Translations under genes and position numbers: made by a program
Notes under the pieces: model-generated
The model's input: the letters and a program-made list of their open reading frames with translations, nothing else
Told to the model about the DNA's origin: nothing
Databases searched by the model: none
Shown here: piece by piece, positions 9,303 through 13,460 of the stretch
Position numbering within the stretch: the stretch's first letter is position 1
Layout: each line of letters opens with the position of its first letter
From: Zancudomyces culisetae HAW-14-8
Lineage: Eukaryota > Fungi > Kickxellomycota
Assembly: GCA_052426225.1 (NCBI GenBank)
Contig: JBNJNM010000005.1
Coordinates: forward strand, 1-13,460
DNA: 13,460 nucleotides
Direction: 5' to 3'

Positions 9303-10137
9303 TTACTGCCAGTAGGAGCGGATTTGTGTTGTCGTTGTTGCTGGATCTGCTGCGGCTCTGCTTGAACATTCTGATTAACTGATGGCTGAAACGGGATGCT
9401 TGGGAAGGTCCTGGTTGCGTTGAATCTTGGTCTTCTCTGCTGCACATTTTTTGTTGCACGCTGCAATGTATTTGCTGCTGCTTTAACTTCGAGCATCTGC
9501 TGTATGTCCACGAGAGGGTTCTTTGATGATGAAGCCATTTCTGGAGAATCTGATGGTACTCCTGAGGCTTTGTAGGACTGTTTGATTCTTTGTTGCGTGA
9601 TATTGGATGCAACATCCGCAAGTAAAACTCTGATTGAGTTGATAAAAACTGAAAGTTTTTCGGCACTGACTGCACCTCCGTCACGGATTGCTTCGTGCAT
9701 GAAGTAATCCAAAGATCTTTTAACGGCTGATAAACGGTACTGGATGTCATATAACATCGCATCAGTACGTTTATTGTCACCTGATAATTTGATGTTTTCC
9801 TCTGGTGGTTCATAATCCATGCCAGAGTTTCTTGGGATGGCTGCGTAAAACTTTTTGCGTTCGACATCTGCCAGTGGTGTCCAAAAGAAATCCTGTTCAA
9901 CTGTTGGTAGCGCATTTTGCAGTTTTGGATACATGACCAGGTCTGATGGTGTTGGTCTGGGAACCACGAAGTTTTCAACTGAATCATCGTCGACTGCATC
10001 AACGATTGATGGAGCAGTGATGTTTGCTGAATCACTGATTTCTGATACTGACATGTGATCATTTGGTGCGGTTTGTTTTTCAAGAGCTGATAATCTCTCC
10101 AAAATCTGTTGCAAAACTTCAACTGTAACGTTTGCAT
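8167..10137 (-). CDS. 656-codon overlapping ORF in the YR frame (probable N-terminal extension of the recombinase ORF)
   Basis: Same frame as 7489-8121 and YR, separated from them only by single stops. ATG lies 10 nt downstream of the gag ATG. Confidence 0.6.
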   Translation of the reverse strand: MQTLQLKFCNRFWRDYQLLKNKPHQMITCQYQKSVIQQTSLLHQSLMQSTMIQLKTSWFPDQHHQTWSCIQNCKMRYQQLNRISFGHHWQMSNAKSFTQPSQETLAWIMNHQRKTSNYQVTINVLMRCYMTSSTVYQPLKDLWITSCTKQSVTEVQSVPKNFQFLSTQSEFYLRMLHPISRNKESNSPTKPQEYHQILQKWLHHQRTLSWTYSRCSKLKQQQIHCSVQQKMCSREDQDSTQPGPSQASRFSHQLIRMFKQSRSRSSNNDNTNPLLLAVIFGLQTAANTESRRETEDVSGGLDAPHRSQMNTPSDLRRVQNPLQNASTDGHAEKTVRLQPEKASRKSDRTGDSKPPVKESNRGSFIRTARVLLKSVYNPKEERRHADGTEFKTFKSVHPTATFKDGVAHNYLQNDPQRGLYDQHRPQRCFSTRIDQQNVQKVSQVYMGRSHLPVQGAPIWSIFKPTSIHKNTKTSTEMGQSSRDTNVELLRQFVNLRINKNRVSKVHKHGVQETGETGIPDQSGKVINTSQTMYYASWDGHQQPSNEFQDTQTETQKFSERGIQVDTQRVYNTERSGIIHWQNAGSEYSTQTGTTDEQEVVRAQKQHSETHHKLEFTSNTESARTGQSDVVEEPSEAMEWSMLPSGNPRDRSIYGCE

Positions 10138-10147
10138 TTTGACTCAT
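9266..10147 (-). CDS. gag: DIRS gag-like ORF1 (293 aa)
   Basis: Intact ORF immediately upstream of and overlapping pol. N-terminal coiled coil (LQQILERLSALEK), helical core (DAMLYDIQYRLSAVKRSLDY), Q/R-rich tail. Assigned mainly by position. Confidence 0.8.
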   Translation of the reverse strand: MSQNANVTVEVLQQILERLSALEKQTAPNDHMSVSEISDSANITAPSIVDAVDDDSVENFVVPRPTPSDLVMYPKLQNALPTVEQDFFWTPLADVERKKFYAAIPRNSGMDYEPPEENIKLSGDNKRTDAMLYDIQYRLSAVKRSLDYFMHEAIRDGGAVSAEKLSVFINSIRVLLADVASNITQQRIKQSYKASGVPSDSPEMASSSKNPLVDIQQMLEVKAAANTLQRATKNVQQRRPRFNATRTFPSIPFQPSVNQNVQAEPQQIQQQRQHKSAPTGSNFRFANSSKHRK

Positions 10148-10548
10148 TATTGAAAATTTAACTATTAACTTTTATAAATACTATGTATTTTTTATAAGCT
10201 GGTTGAGTACCTAGCGAAAGAAAAGATGGTAAAGATTCATCAGGAAACAGGGGATATCAGTTTATATATGGTTTAAATTTATTTTATTTAGTTAGTTTTA
10301 CTTATTTTATAAAAATTATACAGTGATGTCTGTCATTACACACATCATTACGTATAAAGTTTCTAAATTTAAACACTCTTTTTATCGATTTAATTTTTTT
10401 ACCAAATTTTAAGGTAATGGATTAATCGATAAAAATACTATCTAGAAAAGAGTTTTCGATTTATAATAAAGATTGGTACACACATAATTGTATCTGGATA
10501 ATTGAAGCATAATTAAAAATCAACTAACTTGTCATTATAAAAAGAAAA

Positions 10549-11030
10549 TTAAAAGTATGGAACAATCCAGGAATAGGAATGTGCAAACTGATCACCAATT
10601 TCAAGAGCTAAATGAGGTAAGTCACTCACTGTGTTTCTAAGAGCTACAAAACATCTACCTGTACAATTAGACTGTGTGCAGAACATCACAGCACCTTTTT
10701 TGCCACGAACATTACCAATTTTTACAGATGCAAACCTAGACATTGCATGGCATTTGTTTGGTTCGGCATAGAAGGTACCCATTGGGCTGACAAATGGTCT
10801 ATATTGAAACAGTTCAAGTTTCAATTTTCTAACTTTGCGCCTGCGTCTGGGTCTGTCTTTGTCGTCCATCTCATTAAAGTTGGACTCCAGGATAGCATTT
10901 TTATCTAACGCTTGTACTCATTCTGTGCACTTTGTGCATTGTACTCATTCTGTGCACTTTGTGCATTGTACTCATTCTGTGCAAAGGCTGAACTAAGTAC
11001 CAAGGTGCTGAGGATTACTGACTTGATCAT
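10549..11030 (-). pseudogene. Frameshifted copy of the secreted prepro-protein gene
   Basis: The 58-bp deletion gives a 41-aa ORF at 10905-11030 ending AQNEYKR*. The downstream domain (10549-10869) is disconnected from the signal peptide. Confidence 0.88.
10912..10983. repeat. Contracted 27-bp minisatellite (~2.7 units)
   Basis: Same unit as 1276-1393. Confidence 0.95.
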
Positions 11031-13460
11031 TTTTGAGTATTTTTCTTTCTTTTCTACTCTAGATAAGATTGTTGACTTTAAAGAGGGATAATTAGATTGC
11101 TGTTAATGTTGAAAAAAACTGTGCTTTATATACCTTCCACATAGTGGAATGGGTTGCTAAAAGACATATTATTATAAAAGTATTCTGATACAGTAGGATT
11201 AACACCATAGTTTTGGTAGTATAATATTTCTACTATACTTTCACAAGAACTGGGTGCTAGAAGTGATGAAACTCATTTTATAAGGTGTCCAGATTCTTAT
11301 TTTTTAATATTATTTTAAACTGCCCTTTTCTTATTAGCTAAAATAGTGATATGCAGCAATAATTTTGAAATATACGTATTAATATAACTCCAGATAATAT
11401 TTTAGAAATTGTTTAGTGCTATCCAAAATAATTGATCTACATTCACTATTTAGGTAAAAAATAAGTTTTTTTAGCCTTCCTTTTTTGTTTTAGAGTAGAA
11501 TTATTAAAAATAATACTTTTATTTATATACAGTTCATTTCATTTTTTAAGAAATATCCTAATTATCAATAAATACTAGAAAACACACTACAATCCTTCCA
11601 ATAAAACTGTGTATTAGATGAAGAGAAGATTATATTTCCTGTTTTCCAAAGTCTAAGTTATAATTTTTTTTATTAGTATAGCCCATTTCTATATCGAGTT
11701 TAGGCTAGAATGAAGTCTAGAGTTTTATCAATTTCAATATTTCTCATGGCTATACTAAAAAATCACATGGTCCAGAATATCAATTATTTTGTTTGGTCAA
11801 CAGCTTTGTTTTGAAGTCTCGAATCGGCTTAATATAAATAACCTTTGGTACTTTATTAGCGAAACATATTGTGGAACCTCTACTCTTTACAAGAAATCTG
11901 GGTTCAAAAAAATAATAACTGGTCATTACTTATTGAGAGTTTTCGGGGCACAAACTATTGGTGCGACCAAACCATTCGTTGAACAAAAATGTTTTATTTC
12001 TCTGTTATGTTTACAAACTACGAATTTGAGAAATAACGACTATATGAAAAATGTAAGCATTACTTTTTATGGTAGAGCGTAGTACGTTTGAAAGAGTTAA
12101 GATTATTTTTATTTTCCTGAAACGAATTTTATAGATTTATGATATTACCTGGGTAATCTTAAAGCTTAAAATTGCGTAGAATATCCAAATATTCAAAATT
12201 ACAATGGATTTTTAATAATATGCAGTCTCCATAATATTTCTGATAGTAATCGTTTCTAAATAGTATAGATTATTCATTGAATGTGTCAATAAACTGCTAG
12301 AGAGAATAATTATTGATAAATATCTGAAAGCTAAAAAATAATATTTTTACCCTTTACAGCTTACACCTTACCTATTCTGATATAATTTTGTGTGTTTTTA
12401 TTACAATCTTTCTATTTGAGAATTCATGTGTAACTTGATACTACCTCTTGAAATACACAATTATACACCATTATACCGCCTACTGTACAGATATAGCCTG
12501 ACCTGTATCAATTATACCCAAATTCGAGGTACGACCAAGTCAACAGAAATTGTTTATCATAGGGTTATCTGTACGTCAACTCTTGAAGGCTGTGGTGATG
12601 CTAGAAGCCTAAAATTTTGCCAAATTTCTAGAAAATCAGCTAACTGTATTTATCTTCATTAAACTATCTTGTAAAGAAAAATTATTTCTTCAATCTGAAT
12701 ACATAGCTGCCAGGTAACTTTGTATTAAAATTCAAAACTAATTTAGAAATGACTAGTATCAATCCTATTAAAACAATTCATACTACCCAAAGGGTGTAAA
12801 ATGTTTTTTTGATTTCAAACTTGGAATTTTAGAAACTATACGCTGAAAACTTGAATTATCAGAAAATTCCAAAACCACTTTAATCAGGTGATAATGTATT
12901 TCGACAAGGAGTAAAACTAGACTAACCGAAGCTTATAGTAACCTAGAAAAAAAACAATATGTTATCTTGGTATCAGTTTCTGTGTACGTAACAAAAGATC
13001 AATGTAAAATACATTTATAATCACACATACACATCATCATAGATGGAAATATACTTGCCGTTTATAATCAGATATTAATGCATCCAAGAAGTTTGAATGT
13101 GTTTGCAAAATGGTTTCACATTTTCACCTGCTGGTTAGCACTAAAAGGGTCTGAATACATAATCCCTATTTTGGAGTATCCATAAGGGAAACAAAACTAA
13201 GGTGTAAACCTAACTGTGGCTTTGTATCCAATAAAGATTAGTGGTGTGTCAGCACTTTTTTTATACAAGTTAAATGGTAATTTGGCTGCATTAGTCGGAA
13301 TGAAACCCTTGTATGCTTGGATAGAGGGATAGTACATACATTACCTTGATGTTTGGTGGGCACCCATTGTAAATTAAAAGATCTTTAATTAACATTTTCA
13401 ACATTTTGTATAAAATCTAGGTGCAATTATTTTTATTCATCAATCAAGGGGTACTTGTGT

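Larger units (their letters stand above)
6038..10540 (-). mobile_element. DIRS1-like tyrosine recombinase retrotransposon, near full length, mutationally inactivated
   Basis: Order gag, RT/RNaseH/MT, YR with overlapping frames, plus an ICR-like segment complementary to both ends. Termini are approximate. Confidence 0.93.
9649..13460 (+). repeat. Large direct repeat, copy B (runs off the right window edge)
   Basis: Same sequence as 1-3870 except that it lacks copy-A bases 1270-1327. Confidence 0.98.

Overview
AT-rich eukaryotic DNA, most likely from an early-diverging fungus (inferred from element type and composition, not verified). The window covers about 1.4 periods of a ~9.6-kb unit: 1-3870 recurs at 9649-13460, and the only difference I found is a 58-bp deletion. 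The unit holds three things. (i) A minus-strand DIRS1-like tyrosine-recombinase retrotransposon (~6038-10540) with gag, pol (RT, RNase H, N6-adenine methyltransferase-like domain) and YR, apparently inactivated by a few point mutations. Its third reading frame is almost fully open across gag and pol into YR (1238 codons, 3 internal stops). A bipartite internal complementary region matches both apparent ends. (ii) A small secreted prepro-protein: signal peptide, AQNEYNAQS repeats, polybasic cleavage site, and a Cys-containing beta/gamma-crystallin-like C-terminal domain (candidate killer toxin, antimicrobial or effector). It ends 10-35 bp from the element's apparent 5' end, is intact in copy 1 and frameshifted in copy 2. 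(iii) A small membrane-protein ORF.
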